Of a stretch of DNA of 64,000 nucleotides, positions 18,478-31,724 are shown in pieces (within the stretch, counting starts at the first letter, position 1; each line of letters opens with the position of its first letter). Made by a program: the position numbers and the translations under genes. The stretch is from an uncultured Fibrobacteraceae bacterium (GTDB lineage: Bacteria > Krumholzibacteriota > Krumholzibacteriia > LZORAL124-64-63). Location: NCBI GenBank assembly GCA_964461255.1, contig CAYWTR010000012.1, positions 3,694 through 67,693 of the forward strand, written 5' to 3'. The notes below the pieces were generated by a model that was not told the DNA's origin, did no database searches, and saw only the letters and a list, made by a program, of their open reading frames with translations.

Positions 18478-20823
18478 GTGCCGGACGCCAGCAAGCTGTA
18501 CGAAGCCCAGTCCCGCAACTTCCCGCACTGGGAGCTGATCAAGGACGTCATCGACCAGCAGATCGACCTCATGCTCAATTACCGCCAGAGCGGGCACCCC
18601 GGCGGCAGCAGGTCGAAGGTCCATTTCCTGGTCGCCACCCTGCTGTCGGGCGTCATGCGCTGGGACATCCGCAATCCCGAGAAGCGCTTCGGCGACCGCT
18701 TTGTGCTGATCGCTGGCCACACCGCGCCGCTGGTCTACGCCACGCTGGCCGTGTTCAACGAGGCGTTGCGCACGATGCACCAGCGCACGGGCGATCCGAA
18801 ATACCTGGTGCCCGGGGGGCCCGCGCGCCAGCTGACCTGGGAGGATCTGCTGGTGCTGCGGCGCCGCGGCGGGCTGCCGGGGCACGTCGAGATGGAAGGC
18901 AAGAACCTGTTCGTCAAGTTCAACACCGGCCCCAGCGGCCACGGCGCGCCCTGCGCGGCGGGCGCCGCGCTGGCCCTCAAGCACGCCCGCGCCGAAGGGG
19001 TCAAGGTGTTCGCCCTCGAGGGGGAAGGCGGCCACACGGCCGGCTGCCACCACGAGACCAAGAACTCGGCCTACGGGCTGGGCCTGGACAACCTGTACTT
19101 CCTGCTCGACTGGAACGACTTCGGCATCGACGACCAGCCGGTCTCCAGCGTGGTGCACGGCACCCCGCGCGACTGGTTCGCCCCCTACGGCTGGCACGTG
19201 CACGAGGCCAAGGACGGCAGCGACTGGGCCGACGTCACCCGCGGCCTGCTGGAGATGGTGGCGGGCGACAATCCGCCGCTGCGGCCGGGCCTGCTGTTCG
19301 GACGCACGCGCAAGGGGCGCGGCTACCACGTGCACGACAACAAGAGCCACGGCGTGCCGCACAAGCTCAACAGCGAGCTGTTCTGGCGCTGCCGGCAGGA
19401 ATTCGGCGACAAGTACGGCGTGACCTGGCACGGCGTCGGCCAGCCCGCGCCCGCGGGGCGCGACGAGCTGCTCAAGCAGGCGGCGGCCAACGTCAACGTC
19501 GCCCTGGACGTGCTGCGCGGCAGCCCGACCTGCGCCTACCTGGCCGACCGCCTGGTCGAGCTGGGCGACAGCGTGCCGGCCGAGGTCAAGAGCTTCTTCC
19601 TGCCCGAGCAGAAGAACCCGCTGCGCGATCCCAAGCTGTGGGACTGCCGCGCCTACCCCGCCTCCCTGTGGGCCAAGCCGGGCGAGCAGCAGCCCAACCG
19701 CGCGGCCCTGGGACGCTGGGGCGCCTGGATCAACGCCTACTGCCGGCAGCATCACGGCCGGCCGCTGTTCCTGGTCTGCTCGGCCGACCTGGCCGATTCC
19801 ACCAACATCTCCGGATTCGGCAAGGAATTCGACGGCATGCCGGGCTGGGGCTGGTACGATCGGCAGGAGAACCCGTCGGGCGCGGTGTTGCCCCAGGAGA
19901 TCACCGAGTTCGCCAACGCCGGCATCTGCGTCGGCGCGGCGACCGTGAACCTGTCGCCGCGGCCCGAGAGCGAGTTCAACGGCTACTTCGCGGCCTGCTC
20001 GACCTACGGCTCGTTCTCGTACCTGAAATACGGCCCCATGCGTCTGTTCAGCCAGCTGGCGCAGGACTGCGACCTGAAGGTGGGCAAGGTGATCTGGGTC
20101 GCGGGCCACTCCGGCCCCGAGACGGCCGAGGACAGCCGCACGCACTTCGGCGTCTTCTCGCCCGGCGTCACCCAGCTGTTCCCCGACGGGCACGTCATCG
20201 ATCTCCATCCGTGGGAGTACAACGAGGTGCCGGTGCTGCTGGCCGCGGCGCTGGCGACCGATCGGCCGCTGGTGGCCCTGCACCTGACGCGACCACCGGT
20301 CGAGATCCCGGACCGGGAGAAGCTGGGACTGGCCTCGCATTTCGAGGCGGCCAAGGGCGCCTACATCCTGCGCGACTACCGTCCCGGCCAGCCGCGGATG
20401 GGCTGTGTCATCGTCCAGGGGACGATGTCGACGTACAACCTGCTGCGCGCGCTGTCCCCCATCGACGACGCCGGCGTGAACGTCAAGTTCGTGGCGGCGC
20501 CCAGCCCGCAACTCTTCGCCCTGCAGCCCGAGAGCTACCGCCGGCAGGTGATCAGCGACGCCGACCGCCTGGACAGCACCTACATCACCAACCGCGCCAA
20601 GCGCCTGATGCACGACTGGGCGTTCAACCCGCTGGCCGACGAGTACGCCCTGGCCAGCGACAAGGACGACCGTTGGCGCACCGGCGGCGCCATCGACGAG
20701 GTGCTGGACGAGGCGCAGCTGTCGCCGCGGCACATCGCCGAAGGGGTGGTCCGCTTCGCGCTGGCCCGGCCGCAGCGGCTGGCCCGCCTGCGCGGCATGC
20801 TGCAGGCGGCCGAGGGCGCCTAG
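18478..20823 (+). CDS. Transketolase-family thiamine-diphosphate enzyme (atypically long, 781 aa)
   Basis: GTG start at 18478 with GAGAGGAG SD, in preference to the upstream Arg-rich extension. TPP-binding signature QSGHPGGSRS; GDG-like HVHDNKSHG; C-terminal pyrimidine/transketolase-C-like domains. Confidence 0.7.
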   Translation: MPDASKLYEAQSRNFPHWELIKDVIDQQIDLMLNYRQSGHPGGSRSKVHFLVATLLSGVMRWDIRNPEKRFGDRFVLIAGHTAPLVYATLAVFNEALRTMHQRTGDPKYLVPGGPARQLTWEDLLVLRRRGGLPGHVEMEGKNLFVKFNTGPSGHGAPCAAGAALALKHARAEGVKVFALEGEGGHTAGCHHETKNSAYGLGLDNLYFLLDWNDFGIDDQPVSSVVHGTPRDWFAPYGWHVHEAKDGSDWADVTRGLLEMVAGDNPPLRPGLLFGRTRKGRGYHVHDNKSHGVPHKLNSELFWRCRQEFGDKYGVTWHGVGQPAPAGRDELLKQAAANVNVALDVLRGSPTCAYLADRLVELGDSVPAEVKSFFLPEQKNPLRDPKLWDCRAYPASLWAKPGEQQPNRAALGRWGAWINAYCRQHHGRPLFLVCSADLADSTNISGFGKEFDGMPGWGWYDRQENPSGAVLPQEITEFANAGICVGAATVNLSPRPESEFNGYFAACSTYGSFSYLKYGPMRLFSQLAQDCDLKVGKVIWVAGHSGPETAEDSRTHFGVFSPGVTQLFPDGHVIDLHPWEYNEVPVLLAAALATDRPLVALHLTRPPVEIPDREKLGLASHFEAAKGAYILRDYRPGQPRMGCVIVQGTMSTYNLLRALSPIDDAGVNVKFVAAPSPQLFALQPESYRRQVISDADRLDSTYITNRAKRLMHDWAFNPLADEYALASDKDDRWRTGGAIDEVLDEAQLSPRHIAEGVVRFALARPQRLARLRGMLQAAEGA

Positions 20824-20858
20824 AAGGACGCGGCGGTCCACCGCCGGGCCGCGTAGCG

Positions 20859-20896
20859 ACAAGGCCCGCCGCGAGGCGGGCCTTGTCTTGTCGATT
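20859..20896. terminator. Bidirectional rho-independent-like terminator (12-bp stem ACAAGGCCCGCC/GGCGGGCCTTGT, GCGA loop, T-rich tail)
   Basis: Perfect 12-bp stem with tetraloop, 35 nt after the transketolase stop and 38 nt after the tricorn stop; followed by CTTGTCGATT. Confidence 0.6.
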
Positions 20897-20933
20897 CACC
20901 CGGGACGCAGGCGCGCGCGGCGCGCCGGCGCCG

Positions 20934-24257
<3,324 letters not shown>

Positions 24258-24370
24258 GATGGTTCCTCCCGCGGTCACGCGGCACGCGGAACGAGAGCGC
24301 GCGGCGCCGGGCGGGCGTGCCTCCGCCCGCGCCGCGGAGGGATTGGGAGCGTGGCGGGCGCCGCCGGCGC

Positions 24371-26035
24371 TCAACCGCTGCTTCGGCGCACGGCCTCCTT
24401 GATGCGCTGGACGTGGCCTCGGCCCAGGCCCTTGACCTCGCACCCCAGCTCGAAATAGCGCCGGATGCGGTCATCGTCCAGCACGCAGAAGCAGTCGATC
24501 ACGGCCAGCGGTCCGCCGGCCGCCGCGACCACCTCGTCGGGCTGCAGATCCAGATAGGGCGCGTGCCGGACCGCCAGCACGACGGCGTCGCATCCCTTCA
24601 GCGCGGCGTGCAGGTCCTTCTGCACGCGCAGCTCGCGCAGCTTGTCCTGATTGCGGAAGAAACGCGCCAGGCTGCGGCCCGGCGCCGGGTACTGGTCCTG
24701 CTGCGTGAACTCCCACCATTGCTCGACGTAGGGGTCGTGCACGCGCAGCTCGGCGCCCATCTCGGTCAGCTTGCGCACGATCAGCTCCGAACCGCTGTAG
24801 CGGGTGTCGCCGACGTCCTCGCGGTAGCTGGCGCCGCAGACGAGCACCTCGGCCAGCGCCACCGCCCGGCCGAGGTTGCGCAGCGCGTCGCGGGTCAGCT
24901 CGGCGACGTGCAGGCCGCGCGTGTCGTTGATGTCGATGGCGGCGCCTGTCAGCAGGAAGATGTCGTCGTTCCAGCCGTGGATGTGCCGATAGGCCCACAA
25001 GCCCAGCCCGCCGTCCTTGGGCAGGCAGTAGCCGCCGATGCCGGGTCCGGGGAACATGATGTTGGAGTGGGTGGGGCGCACCTTGACGGCCTGGATCACC
25101 TTCGCCAGATCCACGCCGTTGCGCTCGGCGAACAGGCTCCATTCATCCATGAAGGCCAGCAGGGTGGCCCGGAAGCTGTTCTCCACGATCTTCGCCGTCT
25201 CCGACTCGATCGGCCGGTCGAGCACGGTCAGGGGAAAGTCGCGCGTGTTGAGCACCTCGTGCAGGAACTTCTCGACCCGCCGGCGAGCCTCGGCGTTGAC
25301 GCCGCTGCAAACCCGCCAGAAATCGCGGATGCTCGCCACGTAGTGGCGTCCGGGCATGACGCGCTCGTAGCTGTGCGCCAGCAGCGGCTCGCCGTCCAGC
25401 CCACGCGCGCGGAAGCCCTTGCGCAGGATCGGGTAGGCCACCTGCTCGGTGGTCCCGGGCGCGACCGTGGTTTCGATCAATACCAGACAGGAAGGCGGGA
25501 TGCGCTCGGCGATGACGTGGAACGAAGCCTCCAGCGCCGCCATGTCGGCGCTGCCGCTGCGCACGTTGCCCAGATCCTCCTTGAGGTAGTCGCACTGCAC
25601 GTCCACGACCACGATGTCGGCCAGCTTGAGCACGTCGTAGGTGAAGGTGGCGGTCAGCGTCTTCTTTTCGATGACGCAGCGTTGGATCATGGCCGCGACC
25701 TCGGGATCCTCGGCGCTGACCGGCGGCAAGCCACGGTTGAGCAGAGGGATCTTCCAGAAGCTGCGCGGGCTGGGGCGCTGCATGCCGATGACGAACTTGC
25801 TCGGGCGGCCGGCGGCGTCGACGGCGTCGGCCACCACCGCCGCCATCACGGCGCCGACGAAGCCGACCCCCATCACAACCACGATCTCTCGCCCCAGCTC
25901 GCGCTGCTGGCGCACCAGACCGGCCAGGCGGTTGAATTCGACCTCGTAGTCGTCGGGACCGGGCAGTGGAAAGCTCTCGCCCGTGGGGGCGATCGAGACG
26001 GCGGGCCGGGCGCCGCCGGCGCTGCGGGAAGCCAT
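24371..26035 (-). CDS. Nucleotide-sugar dehydrogenase (UDP-glucose/UDP-ManNAc 6-dehydrogenase family)
   Basis: 554 aa from the ATG at 26035 (GAGAGGAGAA SD). N-terminal Rossmann GVGFVGAVMAA; catalytic Cys in GPGIGGYCLPKD. Confidence 0.85.
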   Translation of the reverse strand: MASRSAGGARPAVSIAPTGESFPLPGPDDYEVEFNRLAGLVRQQRELGREIVVVMGVGFVGAVMAAVVADAVDAAGRPSKFVIGMQRPSPRSFWKIPLLNRGLPPVSAEDPEVAAMIQRCVIEKKTLTATFTYDVLKLADIVVVDVQCDYLKEDLGNVRSGSADMAALEASFHVIAERIPPSCLVLIETTVAPGTTEQVAYPILRKGFRARGLDGEPLLAHSYERVMPGRHYVASIRDFWRVCSGVNAEARRRVEKFLHEVLNTRDFPLTVLDRPIESETAKIVENSFRATLLAFMDEWSLFAERNGVDLAKVIQAVKVRPTHSNIMFPGPGIGGYCLPKDGGLGLWAYRHIHGWNDDIFLLTGAAIDINDTRGLHVAELTRDALRNLGRAVALAEVLVCGASYREDVGDTRYSGSELIVRKLTEMGAELRVHDPYVEQWWEFTQQDQYPAPGRSLARFFRNQDKLRELRVQKDLHAALKGCDAVVLAVRHAPYLDLQPDEVVAAAGGPLAVIDCFCVLDDDRIRRYFELGCEVKGLGRGHVQRIKEAVRRSSG

Positions 26036-26214
26036 CGTGTTCTCCTCTCGACAGGCGGGCGGGACGGCGGCGGGCGGCGGGCGCCGCCGCCGTCCCCTTT
26101 GTAACATCCGCGCCGCCGCCGCGCCAGTCCCATCGGCCGCAGCGAAGGCGCCGCGGCTCTTTGCCCAGCCGGCGTGGCGTGCTATCGTGGCCGGCGTCCG
26201 GAGGTGCGCCGTCT

Positions 26215-27480
26215 ATGATCCTCTGCCTGGCCGCGCTGGCCGCGGCTTCCTGGCTGCTGGCCGTCGCTTCCGACTCGCCGTCCGCTCCAGCCCTCCCCGC
26301 CGGCGGCGAGGCCGTGGGCGACATCGAGGTGGTCCAGAGCGTCCCCACGGGTACGGCGCTGGGGCTGCCGCGGTTGCGCGAGGCCGCGGCGGTCTGGCGC
26401 GAGATGATCGCCGGGGCGCGCGCCGCCCTCGACATCGGCGCCTTCTACTACAGCGACGATCCCGGGCAGAGCGATCAGCTGGACCTCGTGCTCGAGACGG
26501 TGGCGGCCGCGGCCCGCCGCGGCGTGCGCGTGCGGGCTCTGGCCGACGCCGGCTTCGCCCGCACCTACCCCGAGATCCCCGAGCGCATCGGAGCGCTGCC
26601 GGGCGCGACGGCGCGGCTGCTGGACGCCCGCGCGGCCTGGGGCGGCGTCATGCACGCCAAGTACTTCGCGGTCGACGGGCGCGAGTTCTTCCTCGGCAGC
26701 CAGAACTGGGACTGGCGCGCGCTCGAGCACATCAGCGAGCTGGGCGTGCGCGTCCGCCACGCCGGTTTGACCGCGGCGGTGCGGCGCGTGTTCGAACTGG
26801 ACTGGCGGCTGGCGCTGCCCGCGGCCGCGCCCGGCGTCCCCAACACGGCCCCGGCCGCCGCCCCGACAGCCAGCGCCCGCCTGCGCACCGCGCGCGGCGA
26901 TCTGGTGACGGCGAGGCTGGCCGCCAGCCCGCCCCAGGCGCTGCCGCCGGAGGTTCCGTGGGACCAGCCGCTGCTCGTGGCCTTGATCGACGGGGCACGC
27001 GCCGACCTGCGCGTGCAGCTGCTGAGCTACAGCCCGCTCGAGCGGGGGGGCGGCTACTACGACGCGCTCGACACCGCCCTGCGCCGCGCCGCCGCGCGCG
27101 GCGTGCAGGTCAGGCTGTGCGTGGCCAACTGGAGCAAGCGGCCCGGCACGCTGCCGCATCTGCTGAGCCTGGCGGCGGTGCCCAATCTCGAGGTTCGCTT
27201 CACCAACATACCCGAGGCGCCGGACGGCTTCATCCCCTACGCGCGCGTGGCGCACGCCAAGTTCGCCGTCGCCGATGCCGCCGCCTGCTGGCTGGGCACG
27301 GCCAACTGGTCCGGCGACTATTTCACGCGCTCGCGCAACCTCAGCCTGTTCGTCGACGGCGACCCGGGGCACGGCGTGGCGCGCGACCTGATCGATTTCT
27401 TCACCCAGGTCTGGGACGGGCCGTACGCGGAGCCGGCGAAGCCCGGCGGCGAGTACGCCCCGCCGCGAATCGGCGAGTAG
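26215..27480 (+). CDS. Phospholipase D family protein (two HKD motifs), secreted
   Basis: ATG at 26215 with GGAGGTG SD. Signal peptide MILCLAALAAASWLLAVA. HKD motifs HAKYFAVDG...GSQNW and HAKFAVAD...GTANW. Confidence 0.8.
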   Translation: MILCLAALAAASWLLAVASDSPSAPALPAGGEAVGDIEVVQSVPTGTALGLPRLREAAAVWREMIAGARAALDIGAFYYSDDPGQSDQLDLVLETVAAAARRGVRVRALADAGFARTYPEIPERIGALPGATARLLDARAAWGGVMHAKYFAVDGREFFLGSQNWDWRALEHISELGVRVRHAGLTAAVRRVFELDWRLALPAAAPGVPNTAPAAAPTASARLRTARGDLVTARLAASPPQALPPEVPWDQPLLVALIDGARADLRVQLLSYSPLERGGGYYDALDTALRRAAARGVQVRLCVANWSKRPGTLPHLLSLAAVPNLEVRFTNIPEAPDGFIPYARVAHAKFAVADAAACWLGTANWSGDYFTRSRNLSLFVDGDPGHGVARDLIDFFTQVWDGPYAEPAKPGGEYAPPRIGE

Positions 27481-27497
27481 ACGAAAGGAGCAGCGGG

Positions 27498-28046
27498 ATG
27501 ATGGAGGACGCCTTCGCCGCTCTCGGCCGCGAGGAATTGCGCGCCTGGCTGCGCGACGCCGCGAAGCTGTGGCTGGCCCACGACGGTCTGTGGTTCCAGG
27601 CGGTCGAGGAGACGCATGGCCAGCAGACGGCGATCAGACATGACGCCGAGGCCTGGGGCCGCTTCTCCCCCATCGAGGCGCGCCGCATCATGGCGCGTCT
27701 GGGCCTGCAGCCCGGCGGCGGGGTGCCGGCGCTGGTCCGCTGCCTGCAGCACCGTCTCTACGCCCATCTCAACCTGCAGGAAGTGGTCGAACAGAGCGAC
27801 ACGCACTGCGTCTTCCGCATGCGCACGTGCCGGGTGCAGGACGCACGGCGCCGCAAGGCGCTTCCCGACTTCCCCTGCAAGGAGGTCGGGCTGGTCGAGT
27901 ACACCACCTTCGCGCAGACCGTCGATCCGCGCCTGCGCACCGCCTGCCTCGGCTGTCCGCCGGACCCGCACCCGGACGACTGGTACTGCACCTGGGAATT
28001 CCGCCTGGTAGCGGGGGAAACCGCCGTCCCCACCGGCGGCGCCTGA
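27498..28046 (+). CDS. Hypothetical cytosolic protein (182 aa, Trp/Cys-containing; possible ATC-hydrolase-like fold)
   Basis: AAAGGAG SD 8 nt upstream of ATGATG. Globular composition (WLAHDGLWFQAVEE..., CLGCPPDPHPDDWYCTWEF). Family assignment is weak. Confidence 0.5.
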   Translation: MMEDAFAALGREELRAWLRDAAKLWLAHDGLWFQAVEETHGQQTAIRHDAEAWGRFSPIEARRIMARLGLQPGGGVPALVRCLQHRLYAHLNLQEVVEQSDTHCVFRMRTCRVQDARRRKALPDFPCKEVGLVEYTTFAQTVDPRLRTACLGCPPDPHPDDWYCTWEFRLVAGETAVPTGGA

Positions 28047-28064
28047 ACAGGATAAAGGAGCGCC

Positions 28065-28625
28065 ATGCCAGGCCTGCCTCCCCGTCTGGAGAAAGTGCGG
28101 ACCGCGCTCGTGGTGGTCGACATGCAGGAGAAGTTCCGCCCGCTCATCGCGGGCATGGACGAGATCGTTCGCAACTGCGGGCGCCTGATCCGCTTCTGCG
28201 ACCGCCTGGACCTGCCGATCGTGATCACCGAGCAGTACCCGCAGGGCTTGGGACGGACCCTGCCCGAGCTCGCGGAGCTGGTCCCCAACGTCGCGCCCAT
28301 CGAGAAGGTCAGCTTCTCCTGCGCCGGCGACAGCCATTTCACGACCCGCCTGCAAAGCCTTCGCCGCGACCAGGTCGTCCTGTGCGGCATCGAGACGCAC
28401 GTCTGCGTCTACCAGACCGCTTACGATCTGCGCGCCGCGGGCCTGCACGTCGCCCTGGCGGCCGACGCCATCGGCTCGCGCCTGGCGACCAACCGCGAGA
28501 TCGGGCTGGCGCGCATGCGCGAGCTGGGCGCGCAGCTGATGAGCACCGAGATGATCATGTTCGAGATCCTGCGCGTGGCCGGCACCCCCGACTTCAAGGC
28601 GGTGGCGGACGTGCTGCGGGGGTGA
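28065..28625 (+). CDS. Isochorismatase-family cysteine hydrolase
   Basis: 186 aa. AAAGGAG SD. ALVVVDMQ (Asp), catalytic Cys in VVLCGIETHVCV and Lys in triad position. Confidence 0.85.
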   Translation: MPGLPPRLEKVRTALVVVDMQEKFRPLIAGMDEIVRNCGRLIRFCDRLDLPIVITEQYPQGLGRTLPELAELVPNVAPIEKVSFSCAGDSHFTTRLQSLRRDQVVLCGIETHVCVYQTAYDLRAAGLHVALAADAIGSRLATNREIGLARMRELGAQLMSTEMIMFEILRVAGTPDFKAVADVLRG

Positions 28626-28631
28626 GACGCC

Positions 28632-29162
28632 ATGCCGTGGCGGCGGCGCGCGGGGTTCGCGGCGGACATCCGACAGCTTCTGCGCGCGGCGGCGCCGCCG
28701 CCGCTGGAGCTGCCGCTGCGGCTGCTGGCGGCGGCCGGCGTGGTCATCGGCTTCGCGCTGGCCATCGCCGAATGGAACGACCTGCCCGCGCGCATCCCCA
28801 GCCACTTCGGCGCTGACGGGAGGCCGGATGCGTACGGCCCCAGGTCGACGCTGCTGTGGCTGCCGCTGCTCAGTCTCGCCCTGCTGGTCGGCCTCTCCCT
28901 GCTGGCGCGCCGGCCGGAGCATTTCAATTACCCGGTGGCGCTGACCCCCGAGAACGCCGCGCGGCAAGCCCGCCTGGCCCGCGAGCTGGTGGCGATGCTG
29001 CAGGCGGGGGTGGTCTGGCTGTTCGTGGTGATGCAGTGGCGCATCGTCGCCGTCGCCCGCGGCGGCGAGGGCGGTCTGGGCGCGTGGTTCCTGCCGCTCT
29101 TCCTGGCGCTCTCGTTTGCGCCCGCGATCATCTACCTGGTGCGGGCGCTGCGCGCGCGTTGA
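28632..29162 (+). CDS. DUF1648-type membrane protein
   Basis: 176 aa with 3-4 TM segments. RIPSHFGADGRPD motif typical of DUF1648/SdpI-like proteins. 7 nt after the isochorismatase stop. Confidence 0.6.
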   Translation: MPWRRRAGFAADIRQLLRAAAPPPLELPLRLLAAAGVVIGFALAIAEWNDLPARIPSHFGADGRPDAYGPRSTLLWLPLLSLALLVGLSLLARRPEHFNYPVALTPENAARQARLARELVAMLQAGVVWLFVVMQWRIVAVARGGEGGLGAWFLPLFLALSFAPAIIYLVRALRAR

Positions 29163-29184
29163 GGCGCCCCGCGCCGCCGCCGAC

Positions 29185-30678
29185 TCATCCCAGGCCGTAC
29201 TTCTCCAGGCGGTAGACCAGCACGTGGCGCGGGATGCCCAGGTAGGCCGCCGCTTTCGACTTGTTGCCGCCGTGCTTGGCCAGCGCCAGGCGTATCAGCT
29301 CCCGCTCCAGCGCCACCAGGGAGATGCCTTCCTCCGGCAGCGGGCCCAGCAGGGGCGCCGGCGCGGCGACCGGCGGCGGCGCGGGCGCGCCGGCCGGCGG
29401 CGGCTGCGCTGGCGGCGGCTGCACCGGCGGCGGCTGCACCGGCGGCGGCTGCACCGGCGGGCGTGCGCCTGCGCCCGCGGCCAGAGGCGCCGCGCCGGGA
29501 TCGAGCAGCGGCCCCAGAGGCTCGGCCCGCCGCAGATCGTCGGCGTCGAGCACGTCGCCGCGCCGCAGCAGCAGCAGGCGCAGGCTCAGGTTCAGCAGCT
29601 CGCGCACATTGCCGGGCCAGGCGCGCGCGCGCAGCTGCGCGGCCAGGGCCGGCGTCGTCGCCACGCCCTCCCCGCCGTGCACTCTGGTGAAATGCTCCCA
29701 CAGCAGCGGCACGTCCTCCGGGCGTTCACGCAGCGGCGGCACGTGCAGGTGCAGGACGGCCAACCGGTAGTACAGATCCTCGCGGAAGCGACCGGCGGCG
29801 ACATCGGCCCCGAGGTCGCGGTTGGTGGCGCAGACGAGGCGGAAATCGACCGGCACCGGACGCGGCCCCCCCACGGGATCGACCTGCCGGGTCTCCAGCA
29901 CCCGCAGCAGCTTGGGCTGCAGGGGCAGCGGCAGCTCGCCGATCTCGTCCAGGAAGAGCGTGCCGCCCGCCGCCGCCCGCACCCGGCCCGCCGCCGCGGC
30001 CGTGGCCCCGGTGAAGGCGCCGCGCGCGTGGCCGAACAGCTCCGATTCCATCAGCTGGGCGGGGATGGCGCCGCAGTTGACCGCCACGAAGGGTCGATCC
30101 CAGCGCGGCGACAGGTCATGGACCGCTCTGGCCACCAACTCCTTGCCCGTGCCGCTCTCGCCCGTGACCAGCACCGCCGCCTCGGTCGAGGCGACGCGCC
30201 GCACCTGCGCCAGCAGCCGCGCCATCGCCGCCGAGGCGTGCACGATCGCCGGGCGCTCGACCCGCGCGCGCAGCAGCCCGCGCAGGCTGCGATTCTCCGT
30301 CTCGAGCGCGCGCGTGCGCAGCGCCTTTTCCACGGTCAGGCGCAGCTCGTCGCGCTTGAACGGCTTGAGCAGGTACGAGAAGGCGCCGGCCTTCATGGCC
30401 TCGACCGCCTGGCCGACGTCGCCGAAGGCGGTCAGGACGATGACGGGGGGCGGCGCCGCCCGCCCGGACTCGCGCAGGTGGCGCAGCACCTCCATGCCGT
30501 CGGGCGGCGGCATGCGGATGTCGGTGAGCACGAGGTCGGGCTGGTCCTGGTCGCAGCGGCGCAGCCCTTCCTCGCCGCCCGCGGCGGCCAGCACCTCGTG
30601 GCCCGCCTCGGTCAGGATGAAGCCGACCACCTCGCGCAGGCCGGCGTCGTCGTCGATCACCAGGATGCGCGCCATCAT
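29185..30678 (-). CDS. Sigma-54-dependent response regulator (REC + AAA+ + Fis-HTH; NtrC family)
   Basis: 497 aa. REC (ILVIDDD...DLVLTDIRMP); Walker A GESGTGKE; GAFTGA sigma54-contact motif; ESELFGH; C-terminal HTH. Pro-rich PPVQPPPVQPPPVQPPPAQPPP insert from a 15-nt tandem repeat. Confidence 0.9.
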   Translation of the reverse strand: MMARILVIDDDAGLREVVGFILTEAGHEVLAAAGGEEGLRRCDQDQPDLVLTDIRMPPPDGMEVLRHLRESGRAAPPPVIVLTAFGDVGQAVEAMKAGAFSYLLKPFKRDELRLTVEKALRTRALETENRSLRGLLRARVERPAIVHASAAMARLLAQVRRVASTEAAVLVTGESGTGKELVARAVHDLSPRWDRPFVAVNCGAIPAQLMESELFGHARGAFTGATAAAAGRVRAAAGGTLFLDEIGELPLPLQPKLLRVLETRQVDPVGGPRPVPVDFRLVCATNRDLGADVAAGRFREDLYYRLAVLHLHVPPLRERPEDVPLLWEHFTRVHGGEGVATTPALAAQLRARAWPGNVRELLNLSLRLLLLRRGDVLDADDLRRAEPLGPLLDPGAAPLAAGAGARPPVQPPPVQPPPVQPPPAQPPPAGAPAPPPVAAPAPLLGPLPEEGISLVALERELIRLALAKHGGNKSKAAAYLGIPRHVLVYRLEKYGLG

Positions 30679-31724
30679 CCCTCCTCCGCGCCCGGCAGCT
30701 CGACCGTCACGCGCGCGCCGCCGCCGGGACGGTCGGCGGCGGCCAGGCGGCCGCCGTGATCCTCCGCGATGCGCAGCGCGATCGCCAGCCCCAGCCCGGT
30801 GCCGCCCTCCTTCGTGGTGTAGAACGGCTGCCCCAGATTCGCCAGCGCCTCCGCTCCGAAGCCGGGACCGTCGTCCTCCACCGTGCAGCTGACCGCCGCG
30901 CCCGCGCGCGCGATCTCGACCCGCACCATCCCCGCCGCGCCCGCCGCTTCCGCAGCGTTGAGCACGAGGTTCAGCAGCAGCTGCCGCAGCTGCTCGCGGT
31001 CGCCGCGCACCGCGGCCGCCGCCGCCGGCGGCGGTCCCGCCAGGCGCGGCGCGCCTGGCCGATGGCGCACCAGCTCCACGATGTCCCGCGCCTCGGCCGC
31101 CAGCTCTACCAGCTCCCGCCGCCCCTGCTGCGGGCGCGCGAAGGCCAGGAAGCGCGTCAGGACGGTGTTGAGCCGCCCCGATTCGTCCATCAGCACGCGC
31201 AGCAGGCGCCCCTTGTGGTGGCCCGGCGGGAAATCGTCCGCCAGCACCTCGGCTGCCCCCTGGATCGAGGCCAGCGGATTGCGGATCTCGTGCGCCAGCC
31301 CGGCCGACAGCCGCCCCACGGCGGCCAGCCGCGCCTGCCGCGCCAGCTGCGCCTCCGCGCTCTTTTTCTGGGCGACCGCGCGCCGCTCGCGCGACACCAG
31401 CATCCCCGCCACCAGCCCGACCGCGATGTACAACGCCATCTCCAGGCTCTTCTCCAGGGTCGGCGCGGGATCGCGGCCGATCACGCCGTAAGCGTGCGGG
31501 ATGTACAGCGCGCAGACGGCCAGCGCCGTGCCCAGCCCGGCCGGCCAGCCGCCGGTGAAGGCGGCCAGGATGATGGGGAAATAGTACAGGCGGCGGTAGA
31601 TGCCGTGGGCTCCGTGCAGATGGAAGGAGGTGCTGTAGTGCAGCAGGGTGATGGTGACCGTCATGGCGCCGATCGCGACCCAGCGCCGCCAGGCGATGCC
31701 GGCGCCCGCCGCCCGCGCGGCCAT
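30675..31724 (-). CDS. Membrane sensor histidine kinase (HisKA + HATPase_c)
   Basis: 349 aa. ~4 N-terminal TM helices; H-box LSAGLAHEIRNPL; N/G boxes (LNLVLNAAEA, DDGPGF, GGTGLGLAIA). ATGA overlaps at both ends. Confidence 0.8.
   Translation of the reverse strand: MAARAAGAGIAWRRWVAIGAMTVTITLLHYSTSFHLHGAHGIYRRLYYFPIILAAFTGGWPAGLGTALAVCALYIPHAYGVIGRDPAPTLEKSLEMALYIAVGLVAGMLVSRERRAVAQKKSAEAQLARQARLAAVGRLSAGLAHEIRNPLASIQGAAEVLADDFPPGHHKGRLLRVLMDESGRLNTVLTRFLAFARPQQGRRELVELAAEARDIVELVRHRPGAPRLAGPPPAAAAAVRGDREQLRQLLLNLVLNAAEAAGAAGMVRVEIARAGAAVSCTVEDDGPGFGAEALANLGQPFYTTKEGGTGLGLAIALRIAEDHGGRLAAADRPGGGARVTVELPGAEEG

Noticed and set aside
24258-24370. CCTCCGC-N7-GCGGAGG hairpin between the dehydrogenase and tricorn genes as a terminator
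   Set aside because: Short 7-bp stem and no U-tract; the genes are co-directional and may be co-transcribed. Left as unannotated.
25966-26214. Upstream extension of the PLD gene (504-aa ORF from 25966)
   Set aside because: Overlaps the divergent dehydrogenase start region and is Arg-rich. ATG 26215 has a GGAGGTG SD and begins a proper signal peptide.
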